From assembly GCA_964016885.1 (NCBI GenBank), contig OZ024744.1:9610001-9674000 (forward strand): a stretch of DNA of 64,000 nt. Reading direction: 5' to 3'. Source of the stretch: Eledone cirrhosa (taxonomy: Eukaryota). The notes beneath the pieces are model-generated. The model made no database searches and was not told the origin of the DNA. It worked only from the letters and a program-made list of their open reading frames with translations. This document shows positions 35,401-47,400 of the stretch, in pieces (the stretch's first letter is position 1; the number at the start of each line of letters is the position of its first letter). The position numbers and the translations under genes are program-made.

Positions 35401-38400
35401 TAGTGTGGCGTACTGTGGTGAAGTGTTGTGTAGTGCAGTGTGGTGTTGTGTGGTGTGGTGTAGTGTGGTGTAGTGTAGTGTGGTGTGTTGTGGTGTGGTG
35501 CAGTTTAGTGCAGTGTTGTGTAGTCTAGTTTGGTGTAGTGTAATGTGGTGTGGTGTATTGTAATGTGGTGTAGTGTAGTGTTGTGTAATGTAGGATAGTG
35601 TAGTGTGGTGTGGTGTAGTATAGTGTGTTGTTATACAGTGTGGTGTATTGTAGTGTGGTGTGGTGTAGTGTGTTGTTGTACAGTGTGGTGTATTGTAGTG
35701 TGGTGTGGTGTAGTGCAGTGTAGTGTTGTCTAGTGTGGTGTGGTGTAGTGTAGTGTGATGTGGTGTGGTGTAGTGTAGTATAGTGTGGTGTGGTGTGATG
35801 CAGTGTAGTGTAGTGTAGTGTGGTGTGGTGTAGTGTAGTATAGTGTGGTGTAGTGCAGTGTAGTGTAATGTGGTGTGGTGTAGTGTAGTATAGTGCAGTG
35901 TAGTGTAGTGTGGTGTAGTGTAGTGTAGTGTGGTGTGGTGCAGTGTAGTGTGGTGTGGTGTAGTGTGTTGTAGTGCAGTGTAGTGCAGTGTGGTGTAGTG
36001 TGGTGTAGTGTTGTGTGGTGTGGTGGAGTGTAGTGTTGTGTGGTGCAGTTTAGTGTAGTGTGGTGTGGTGTAGTGTGGTGTGGTGTAGTGTAGTGTGGTG
36101 TAGTGCAGTGAGGTGTAGTGTGGTGTGGTCTAGTATGTAGTGTTGTGTGGTGTAGTGTTGTGTGGTGTAGTGTAGTGTGGTGTAGTGTGGTGTGGTGTGG
36201 TGTGGTGTAGTGAGGTGTAGTGTGGTGTAGTGCAGTGTAGTGTAGTGTGGTGTAGTGCAGTGTGGTGTAGTGTGGTGTGGTCTAGTATGGTGTAGTGTTG
36301 TGTGGTGTGGTGTAGTGTGGTGTAGTGTGGTGTGGTGTAGTGTAGTGTGGTGTGGTATAGTGTAGTGTAGTATAGTGTGGTATAGTATAGTGTGGTGTAG
36401 TGCAGTGTAGTGTGGTGTAATGCGGTGTAGTGTGGTGTAATGCGGTGCAGTGTAGTGTAGTGTGGTGTGGTGTAGTGTAGTATAGTGTGGTGTAGTACAG
36501 TGTAGTGTGGTGAGCTGTAGTGTAGTGTAGTATAGTGTGGTGTAGTGTAGTGTGGTGTAGTGCAGTGAGGTGTAGTGTGGTGTGGTCTAGTATGTAGTGT
36601 TGTGTGGTGTTGTGTAGTGTGGTGTGGTGCAGTGTAGTGTGGTGTGGTGTCGTGCAGTGTAGTGTGGTGTGGTCTAGTATGGTGTAGTGTTGTGTGGTGT
36701 ACTGTAGTGCAGTGTGGTGTAGTGTAGTGTGTTGTAGTGCAGTGTGGTGTATTGTTGTGTGGTGTGGTATAGTGTAGTGTGGTGTAGTGTGGTGTAATGC
36801 GGTGTAGTGTAATGTCGTGTAGTGTGGTGCAGTGTAGTGTAGTGTGGTGTGGTGTAGTGTGCTGCAGTGTAGTGTGGTGTGGTGTAGTGTAGTGTGGTGC
36901 AGTGTAGTGTGGTGTGGTGCAGTGTAGTGTGGTGCAGTATAAAGTAGTGTGGTGTAGTGTGGTGTGGTATAGTGTAGTGTAGTATAGTGTGGTTTAGTGC
37001 AGTGTAGTGTGGTGTAGTGTAATGTGGTGTAGTGTGGTGCAGTGTAGTGTAGTGTGGTGTAGTACAGTGTAGTGTGGTGTGGTATAGTGTAGTGTAGTGT
37101 GGTGCAGTGTAGTGTCGTGTGGTGTAGTGTAGTGTAGTATAGTGTGGTGTGGTGTAGTGCAGTGTGGTGTAGTGTAGTGTGGTGTAGTGTGGTGTGGTGT
37201 AGTGTAGGGTTGTGTGGTGTGGTGTAGTGTAGTACAGTGTAGTGTGGTGTAGTGCGGTGTAGTGTGGTGTGGTGTAGTTTAGTATAGTGCAGTGTCGTGT
37301 GGTGTGGTGTAGTGAAGTGTGGTGTGGTGTGGTGTAGTGCAGTGTGGTGTAGTGTAGTGTGGTGTAGTGTGGTGTGGTGTAGTGTAGGGTTGTGTGGTGT
37401 GGTGTAGTGTAGTACAGTGTAGTGTGGTGTAGTGCGGTGTAGTGTGGTGTGGTGTAGCGTGGTGTGGTGCAGTGTGGTATGGTGTAGTGTGGTGTGGTGT
37501 AGTGTGCTGTGGTGCGGTGTAGTATAGTGTGGTGTAGTGTAGTGTAATGTAGGGTAGTGTGGTGTGGTGTGGTGTAGTGTAGTGTAGTGTAGTATAGTGT
37601 GGTGTAGTGCAATGTAGTGTGGTGTAATGTGGTGTAGTATAGTGTAGTGTAGTGTGGTGTAGTGCAGTGTAGTGTGGTGCAGTATAAAGTAGTGTGGTGT
37701 AGTGTAGTGTGGTGTAGTGTAGTGTAGTATAGTGTGGTTTAGTGCAGTGTAGTGTGGTGTAGTGTGGTGCAGTGTAGTGTGGTGTGGTGTAGTGTAGTAT
37801 AGTGTGGTGTAGTACAGTGTAGTGTGGTGTGGTATAGTGTAGTGTAGTGTGGTGCAGTGTAGCGTGGTGTGGTGCAGTGTAGTGTAGTGTAGTATAGTGT
37901 GGTGTAGTCCAGTGTAGTGTGGTGTGGTGTAGTTTAGTATAGTGCAGTGTCGTGTGGTGTGGTGTAGTGAAGTGTGGTGTAGTGCAGTGTGGTGTAGTGT
38001 GGTGTAGTGTGATGTGGTCTAGTGTGGTGTAGTGTAGGGTTGTGTGGTGTGGTGTAGTGTAGTACAGTGTAGTGTGGTGTAGTGTGGTGTGGTATGGTGT
38101 AGTGTGGTGTGGTGTAGTGTAGTGTAGTGTAATGTAGGGTAGTGTGGTGTAGTGCAGTGTGGTGTGGTGTAGTATAGTGTGGTGTAGTGCAATGTAGTGT
38201 GGTGTAATGTGGTGTGGTGTCGTGTGGTGTAGTGCAGTGTGGTGCAGTGTAGTGTGGTGTAGTGTAGTGTAATGTAGGGTAGTGTGGTGTAGTGCACTGT
38301 GGTGTGGTGTAGTGTGGTGCAGTGTAGTGTGGTGTAGTGTGGTGTAGTGCAATGTAGTGTGGTGTGGTGTAGTGTAGTATAGTGTAGTGCAGTGTAGTGT

Positions 38401-41400
38401 AGTGTGGTGTAGTGCAGTGTAGTGTGGTGTGGAGTGGTGTAGTATAGTGTGGTGCAGTGCAGTGTAGTGTGGTGTGGGGTAGTGTGGTGTGGTGTAGTGT
38501 AGTGTAGTGTGGTGTGGTGCAGTGCAGTGCAGTGTAGTGTGGTGTAGTATAGTGTGGTGTGGTGTAGTGTAGTATAGTGTAGTGTGGTGTAGTGTAGTGT
38601 GGTGTTGTGCAGTGTGGTGTAGTGAGGTGTGGTGCAGTGTAGTGTAGTGTGGTGTGGAGTGGTGTAGTGTAGTATAGTGTGGTGCAGTGCAGTGTAGTGT
38701 GGTGTGGTGCAGTGTAGTGTACTGTGGTTTAGTGTAGTGCGGTGTGGTGTAGTGTAGTGTGGCGTAGTGTGGTGTAGTGTGGTGTGGTGCAGTGTCGTGT
38801 GGTGTGGTGTAGGTGGTGTAGTGCGGTGTAGTGTGGTGTAGTGCAGTGTGGTGCAGTGTAGTGTGGTGTGGTGTGGTGTAGTGCAGTGTGGTGTAGTGTG
38901 GTGTGGTGCAATGTAGTGTAGTGTGGTGTAGTGCAATGTAGTATAGTGTGGTGTAGTGCGGTATGGTCTATTGTGGTGTGGTGTGGTGTGGTGTGGTGTA
39001 GTTTGGTGTAGTATAGTGTGGTGTAGTATATAGTGGTGTAGTACAGTGTAGTGTGGTGTGGTGTGGTATAGTGTAGTGTAGTGTGGTGTGGTGTAGTGTA
39101 GTGTGGTGTAGTGTAGTGTGGTGTAGTGTACTGTTGTGCAGTGTAGTGTGGTGTAGTGTAGTGTGGTGTAGTGTAGTGTGGTGTAGTGTAGTGTAGTATA
39201 GTGTGGTGTAATGGAGTGTAGTGTGGTGTGGTGTAGTTTAGTATAGTGCAGTGTGGTGTGGTGTAGTGTAGTTTGGTGTGGTGTGGTGTAGTGTAATGTG
39301 GTGCAGTGTAGTGTAGTGTAGTGTAGTGTGGTGTAGTGTAGTATAGTGTGGTGTAGTACAGTGTAGTGTGGTGTGGTATAGTGTAGTGTAGTGTGGTGCA
39401 GTGTAGCGTGGTGTGGTGTAGTGTAGTGTCGTGTGGTGTAGTGTAGTGTAGTATAGTGTGGTGTAGTCCAGTGTAGTGTGGTGTGGTGTAGTTTAGTATA
39501 GTGCAGTGTCGTGTGGTGTGGTGTAGTGAAGTGTAGTGCAGTGTAGTGTGGTGTGGTGTAGTGTAGTGTGGTGTAGTGTGATGTGGTCTAGTGTGGTGTA
39601 GTGTAGGGTTGTGTGGTGTGGTGTAGTGTAGTACAGTGTAGTGTGGTGTAGTGCGGTGCAGTGTAGTGTGGTGTGGTGTAGCGTGGTGTGGTGCAGTGTG
39701 GTATGGTGTAGTGTGGTGTGGTGTAGTGTGCTGTGGTGCGGTGTGGTGTAGTATAGTGTGGTGTAGTGTGGTGTAGTGTAGTGTAATGTAGGGTAGTGTG
39801 GTGTAGTGCAGTGTGGTGTGGTGTGGTGTAGTGTGGTGTGGTGTAGTGTGGTGTGGTGTAGTGTAGTGTAGTGTAGTATAGTGTGGTGTAGTGCAATGTA
39901 GTGTGGTGTAATGTGGTGTAGTATAGTGTAGTGTAGTGTGGTGTAGTGCAGTGTAGTGTGGTGCAGTGTAGTGTGGTGTGGTATAGTGTAGTGTAGTATA
40001 GTGTGGTTTAGTGCAGTGTAGTGTGGTGCAGTGTAGTGTGGTGTAGTGTAGTATAGTGTGGTGTAGTACAGTATAGTGTGGTGTGGTATAGTGTAGTGTA
40101 GTGTGGTGTGGTGCAGTGTAGTGTAGTGTAGTATAGTGTGGTGTAGTCCAGTGTAGTGTGGTGTGGTGTAGTTTAGTATAGTGCAGTGTCGTGTGGTGTG
40201 GTGTAGTGAAGTGTGGTGCAGTGTGGTGTGGTGTAGTGCAGTGTGGTGTAGTGTAGTGTGGTGTAGTGTGATGTGGTCTAGTGTGGTGTAGTGTAGGGTT
40301 GTGTGGTGTAGTGTAGTACAGTGTAGTGTGGTGTAGTGCAGTGTAGTGTGGTGTGGTGTAGCGTGGTGTGGTGCAGTGTGGTATGGTGTAGTGTGGTGTG
40401 GTGTGGTGCGGTGTAGTATAGTGTGGTGTAGTGTAGTGTGGTGTAGTGTGGTGTGGTGTAGTGTAGTGTAGTATAGTGTGGTGTAGTGCAATGTAGTGTG
40501 GTGTAGTGTGGTGTAGTGCAGTGTGGTGCAGTGTAGTGTGGTGTAGTGTAGTGTAATGTAGGGTAGTGTGGTGTAGTGCACTGTGGTGTGGTGTGGTGTA
40601 GTGTAGTGTGGTGCAGTGTAGTGTGGTGTGGTGTAGTGTAGTATAGTGTGGTGTAGTGCAATGTAGTGTGGTGTGGTGTAGTGTAGTATAGTGTGGTGTA
40701 GTGTAGTGTAGTGCAGTGTGGTGTAGTGTAGTGTGGTGTAGTGTGGTGTAGTGCAGTGTAGTGTAGTGTGGTGTGGAGTGGTGTAGTATAGTGTGGTGCA
40801 GTGCAGTGTAGTGTGGTGTAGTGTGGTGTGGTGTAGTGTAGTGCAGTGTAGTGTGGTGTAGTGTGGTGTAGTGTGGTGTGGTGTGGTGCAGTGCAGTGCA
40901 GTGTAGTGTGGTGTAGTGTGGTGTGGTGTAATGTGGTGTGGTGTAGTGTAGTATAGTGTAGTGTGGTGTGGTGTAGTGCAGTGTGGTGTCGTGTGGTGTA
41001 GTGAGGTGTGGTGTAGTGTAGTGTAGTGCAGTGTGGTGCAGTGTAGTGTAGTGTGGTGTAGTGTAGTATAGTGTGGTGCAGTGCAGTGTAGTGTGGTGTG
41101 GTGCAGTGTAGTGTACTGTGGTTTAGTGTAGTGTAGTGCGGTGTGGTGTAGTGTAGTGTGGCGTAGTGTGGTGTGGTGCAGTGTCGTGTGGTGTGGTGTA
41201 GGTGGTGTAGTGCGGTGTAGTGCAGTGTGGTTTAGTGTAGTGTGGCGTAGTGTGGTGAAGTGTGGTGAAGTGTTGTGTGGTGTGCTGTAGTGTAGTGTGG
41301 TGTAGTGCAGTGTGGTGCAGTGTAGTGTGGTGTAGGTAGTGTGATGTAGGTAGTGTGGTTTAGTGTGGTGTGGTGTAGTGTAGTGTGCTGTAGTGCAGTG

Positions 41401-44400
41401 TGGTGTAGTGTGGTGCAGTGTAGTGTAGTGTGGTGTGGTGTGGTGTAGTGCAGTGTGGTGTGGTGTAGTGTAGTGTGGTGTTGTGTAGTGTGGTGTAGTG
41501 CAATGTAGTATAGTGTGGTGTAGTGCGGTATGGTCTATTGTGGTGTGGTGTGGTGTGGTGTGGTGTAGTTTGGTGTAGTATAGTGTGGTGTAGTTTAGTG
41601 TGGTGTGGTGTGGTGTAGTATATAGTGGTGTAGTACAGTGTAGTGTGGTGTGGTGTGGTATAGTGTAGTGTAGTGTGGTGTGGTGTAGTGTAGTATAGTG
41701 TGGTGTGGTGTAGTGTGGTGTAGTGTAGTGTTGTGCAGTGTAGTGTAGTGTGGTGTAGTGTAGTGTAGTATAGTGTGGTGTAATGGAGTGTAGTGTGGTG
41801 TGGTGTAGTTTAGTATAGTGCAGTGTAGTGTGGTGTGGTGTAGTGTAGTTTGGTGTGGTGTGGTGTGGTGTAGTGTAGTGTGGTGTAGTGTGACGTGATC
41901 TAGTGTGGTGTAGTGTAGGGTTGTGTGGTGTGGTGTAGTGTGGTGTAGTGTAGTGTAGTACTGTGTAGTGTGGTGTAGTGTGGTGTGGTGTAGCATGGTG
42001 TAGTGTGGTGTGGTGTAGTGTGGTGTAGTGTAGTGTGGTGTGGTGTAGTATAGCGTGGTTTCGTGTGGTGTGGTGTAGTGTAGTGTGGTGTGGTGTAGTG
42101 TGGTGCAGTGTAGTGTGGTATAGTGTGGTGTAGTGTGGTGTGGTGTAGTGTAGTGTGGTGTAGTGTAGTGTAGTGTAATGTATGGCAGTGTGGTGTAGTG
42201 TGGTAGCTGTAGTGTAGTGTAGTGTAATGTAGGGTAGTGTGGTGTAGTGCAGTGTGGTGTAGTGTGGTGTGGTGTAGTGTGGTGTGGTGTAGTGTGGTGT
42301 GGTGCAGTGTAGTGTAGTGTAGTGTGGTGCAGTGTGGTGTAGTGTAGTGTAGTGCAATGTAGTGTGGTGTAATGTGGTGTGGTGTAGTGTAGTGTGGTGT
42401 AGTGTAGTGTGGTGTAGTGTAGTGTGGTGTAGTGCAGTGTGGTGTAGTGTCGTGTAGTGTAGTGAGGTGTGGTGTAGTGCAGTGTGGTGCAGTGTAGTGT
42501 AGTGTGGTGTGGAGTGGTGGAGTGTAGTATAGTGTGGTGCAGTGTAGTGTAGTCTAGTGCAGTTTAGTGTGGTGTGGTGTGGTGTGGTGTAGTGTGGTGT
42601 GGTGTAGTGTAGTATAGTGTGGTGTAGTACAGTGTAGTGTGGTGTGGTGTGTTATAGTGTAGTGTGGTGCAGTGTAGTGTAGTGCAGTGTGGTGTGGTGT
42701 GGTGCAATGTAGTGTAGTGTGGTGTGGTCTATTGTGGTGTAGTGTTGTGTGGTGTGGTGTAGTGTGGTGTAGTGTAGTGTGGTGTAGTGTGGTGTAGTGC
42801 AGTGTGGTGCAGTATAGTGTGGTGTAGTGTGGTGCAGTGTAGTGTAGTGTGGTGTAGTGTGGTGTGGTGTGGTGTAGTATATAGTGGTGTAGTAAAGTGT
42901 AGTGTGGTGTAGTGTAGTGTGGTGTAGTGTGGTGTGGTGTGGTATAGTGTAGTGTAGTGTGGTGTAGTGTAGTGTAATGTGGTGTGGTGTAGTGTAGTGT
43001 AGTGTAGTATAGTGTGGTGTAGTCCAGTGTAGTGTGGTGTGGTGTAGTTTAGTATAGTGCAGTGTCGTGTGGTGTGGTGTAGTGAAGTGTGGAGCAGTGT
43101 GGTGTGGTGTAGTGCAGTGTGGTGTAGTGTAGTGTGGTGTAGTGTGATGTGGTCTAGTGTGGTGTAGTGTAGGGTTGTGTGGTGTGGTGTAGTGTAGTAC
43201 AGTGTAGTGTGGTGTAGTGCGGTGCAGTGTAGTGTGGTGTGGTGTAGCGTGGTGTGGTGCAGTGTGGTGTGGTGTAGTATAGTGTGGTGTAGTGTAGTGT
43301 AGGGTAGTGTGGTGTAGTGCAGTGTGGTGTAGTGTGGTGTGGTGTGGTGTAGTGTAGTGTAGTATAGTGTGGTGTAGTGCAATGTAGTGTGGTGTAATGT
43401 GGTGTAGTGTGGTGTAGTGCAGTGTGGTGCATTGTAGTGTGGTGTAGTGTAGTGTAATGTAGGGTAGTGTGGTGTAGTGCACTGTGGTGTGGTGTGGTGT
43501 AGTGTAGTGTGGTGCAGTGTGGTGTGGTGTGGTGTGGTGTAGTGTAGTATAGTGTGGTGTAGTGCAATGTAGTGTGGTGTGGTGTAGTGTAGTATAGTGT
43601 GGTGTAGTGTAGTGCAGTGTAGTGTAGTGCAGTGTGGTGTAGTGTAGTGTAGTGTAGTGTGGTGCAGTGTAGTGTGGTGTGGTGTAGTGTAGTATAGTGT
43701 GGTGTAGTGTAGTGTGGTGTAGTGTAGTGCAGTGTAGTGTGGTGTAGTGTGGTGTAGTGTGGTGTAGTGTAGTGTGGTGTGGTGCAGTGCAGTGCAGTGT
43801 AGTGTGGTGTAGTATAGTGTGGTGTGGTGTAATGTGGTGTGGTGTAGTGTAGTGTGGTGTAGTGTAGTGTGGTGTAGTGCAGTGTGGTGTAGTGAGGTGT
43901 GGTGTAGTGTAGTGTAGTGCAGTGTGGTGCAGTGTGGTGTGGAGTAGTGTAGTGTAGTATAGTGTGGTGCAGTGTAGTATAGTGTGGTGCAGTGCAGTGT
44001 AGTGTGGTGTGGTGCAGTGTAGTGTACTGTGGTTTAGTGTAGTGTAGTGCGGTGTGGTGTAGTGTAGTGTGGCGTAGTGTGGTGTGGTGCAGTGTCGTGC
44101 GGTGTGGTGTAGGTGGTGTAGTGCGGTGTAGTGTGGTGTAGTGCAGTGTGGTTTAGTGTAGTGTGGCGTAGTGTGGTGAAGTGTTGTGTGGTGTGCTGTA
44201 GTGTAGTGTGGTGTAGTGCAGTGTGGTGCAGTGTAGTGTGGTGTAGGTAGTGTGATGTAGGTAGTGTGGTTTAGTGTGGTGTGGTGTAGTGTAGTGTGCT
44301 GTAGTGCAGTGTGGTGTAGTGTGGTGCAGTGTAGTGTAGTGTGGTGTGGTGTGGTGTAGTGCAGTGTGGTGTGGTGTAGTGTAGTGTGGTGTGGTGCAAT

Positions 44401-47400
44401 GTAGTGTAGTGTGGTGTGGTGTAGTGTGGTGTAGTGCAATGTAGTATAGTGTGGTGTAGTGCGGTATGGTCTATTGTGGTGTGGTGTGGTGTGGTGTGGT
44501 GTGGTGTAGTTTGGTGTAGTATAGTGTGGTGTAGTTTAGTGTGGTGTGGTGTGGTGTAGTATATAGTGGTGTAGTACAGTGTAGTGTGGTGTGGTGTGGT
44601 ATAGTGTAGTGTAGTGTGGTGTGGTGTAGTGTAGTATAGTGTGGTGTGGTGTAGTGTGGTGTTGTGCAGTGTAGTGTAGTGTGGTGTAGTGTAGTGTGGT
44701 GTAGTGTAGTGTAGTATAGTGTGGTGTAATGGAGTGTAGTGTGGTGTGGTGTAGTTTAGTATAGTGCAGTGTAGTGTGGTGTGGTGTAGTGTAGTTTGGT
44801 GTGGTGTGGTGTGGTGTGGTGTAGTGTAGTGTGGTGTAGTGTGACGTGATCTAGTGTGGTATAGTGTAGGGTTGTGTGGTGTGGTGTAGTGTAGTGTAGT
44901 ACTGTGTAGTGTGGTGTAGTGTGGTGTGGTGTAGCATGGTGTAGTGTGGTGTGGTGTGGTGTAGTGTGGTGTAGTGTAGTGTGGTGTGGTGTAGTATAGC
45001 GTGGTTTCGTGTGGTGTGGTGTAGTGTAGTGTGGTGTGGTGTAGTGTGGTGCAGTGTAGTGTGGTGTAGTGTGGTGTAGTGTGGTGTGGTGTAGTGTAGT
45101 GTAGTGTGGTGTAGTGTAGTGTAGTGTAATGTATGGCAGTGTGGTGTAGTGTGGTAGCTGTAGTGTAGTGTAGTGTAATGTAGGGTAGTGTGGTGTAGTG
45201 CAGTGTGGTGTAGTGTGGTGTGGTGTAGTGTGGTGTGGTGTAGTGTAGTGTGGTGTGGTGCAGTGTGGTGCAGTGTGGTGTAGTGTAGTGTAGTGCAATG
45301 TAGTGTGGTGTAATGTGGTGTGGTGTAGTGTAGTGTGGTGTAGTGTAGTGTGGTGTAGTGTAGTGTGGTGTAGTGCAGTGTGGTGTAGTGTCGTGTAGTG
45401 TGGTGAGGTGTGGTGTAGTGCAGTGTGGTGCAGTGTAGTGTAGTGTGGTGTGGAGTGGTGGAGTGTAGTATAGTGTGGTGCAGTGTAGTGTAGTCTAGTG
45501 CAGTTTAGTGTGGTGTGGTGTAGTGTGGTGTGGTGTAGTGTAGTATAGTGTGGTGTAGTACAGTGTAGTGTGGTGTGGTGTGTTATAGTGTAGTGTGGTG
45601 CAGTGTAGTGTAGTGCAGTGTGGTGTGGTGTGGTGCAATGTAGTGTAGTGTGGTGTGGTCTATTGTGGTGTAGTGTTGTGTGGTGTGGTGTAGTGTGGTG
45701 TAGTGTAGTGTGGTGTAGTGTGGTGTAGTGCAGTGTGGTGCAGTATAGTGTGGTGTAGTGTGGTGCAGTGTAGTGTAGTGTGGTGTAGTGTGGTGTGGTG
45801 TGGTGTAGTATATAGTGGTGTAGTAAAGTGTAGTGTGGTGTAGTGTAGTGTGGTGTAGTGTGGTGTGGTGTGGTATAGTGTAGTGTAGTGTGGTGTAGTG
45901 TAGTGTAATGTGGTGTGGTGTAGTGTAGTGTAGTGTAGTATAGTGTGGTGTAGTCCAGTGTAGTGTGGTGTGGTGTAGTTTAGTATAGTGCAGTGTCGTG
46001 TGGTGTGGTGTAGTGAAGTGTGGAGCAGTGTGGTGTGGTGTAGTGCAGTGTGGTGTAGTGTAGTGTGGTGTAGTGTGATGTGGTCTAGTGTGGTGTAGTG
46101 TAGGGTTGTGTGGTGTGGTGTAGTGTAGTACAGTGTAGTGTGGTGTAGTGCGGTGCAGTGTAGTGTGGTGTGGTGTAGCGTGGTGTGGTGCAGTGTGGTG
46201 TGGTGTAGTATAGTGTGGTGTAGTGTAGTGTAGGGTAGTGTGGTGTAGTGCAGTGTGGTGTAGTGTGGTGTGGTGTGGTGTAGTGTAGTGTAGTATAGTG
46301 TGGTGTAGTGCAATGTAGTGTGGTGTAATGTGGTGTAGTGTGGTGTAGTGCAGTGTGGTGCATTGTAGTGTGGTGTAGTGTAGTGTAATGTAGGGTAGTG
46401 TGGTGTAGTGCACTGTGGTGTGGTGTGGTGTAGTGTGGTGTAGTGTAGTGTGGTGCAGTGTGGTGTGGTGTGGTGTGGTGTAGTGTAGTATAGTGTGGTG
46501 TAGTGCAATGTAGTGTGGTGTGGTGTAGTGTAGTATAGTGTGGTGTAGTGTAGTGCAGTGTAGTGTAGTGCAGTGTGGTGTAGTGTAGTGTAGTGTGGTG
46601 TAGTGCAGTGTAGTGTGGTGTGGTGTAGTGTAGTATAGTGTGGTGTAGTGTAGTGTGGTGTAGTGTAGTGCAGTGTAGTGTGGTGTAGTGTGGTGTAGTG
46701 TGGTGTAGTGTAGTGTGGTGTGGTGCAGTGCAGTGCAGTGTAGTGTGGTGTAGTATAGTGTGGTGTAATGTGGTGTGGTGTAGTGTAGTGTGGTGTAGTG
46801 TAGTGTGGTGTAGTGCAGTGTGGTGTAGTGAGGTGTGGTGTAGTGTAGTGTAGTGCAGTGTGGTGCAGTGTGGTGTGGAGTAGTGTAGTGTAGTATAGTG
46901 TGGTGCAGTGTAGTATAGTGTGGTGCAGTGCAGTGTAGTGTGGTGTGGTGCAGTGTAGTGTACTGTGGTTTAGTGTAGTGTAGTGCGGTGTGGTGTAGTG
47001 TAGTGTGGCGTAGTGTGGTGTGGTGCAGTGTCGTGCGGTGTGGTGTAGGTGGTGTAGTGCGGTGTAGTGTGGTGTAGTGCAGTGTGGTTTAGTGTAGTGT
47101 GGCGTAGTGTGGTGAAGTGTTGTGTGGTGTGCTGTAGTGTAGTGTGGTGTAGTGCAGTGTGGTGCAGTGTAGTGTGGTGTAGGTAGTGTGATGTAGGTAG
47201 TGTGGTTTAGTGTGGTGTGGTGTAGTGTAGTGTGCTGTAGTGCAGTGTGGTGTAGTGTGGTGCAGTGTAGTGTAGTGTGGTGTGGTGTGGTGTAGTGCAG
47301 TGTGGTGTGGTGTAGTGTAGTGTGGTGTGGTGCAATGTAGTGTAGTGTGGTGTGGTGTAGTGTGGTGTAGTGCAATGTAGTATAGTGTGGTGTAGTGCGG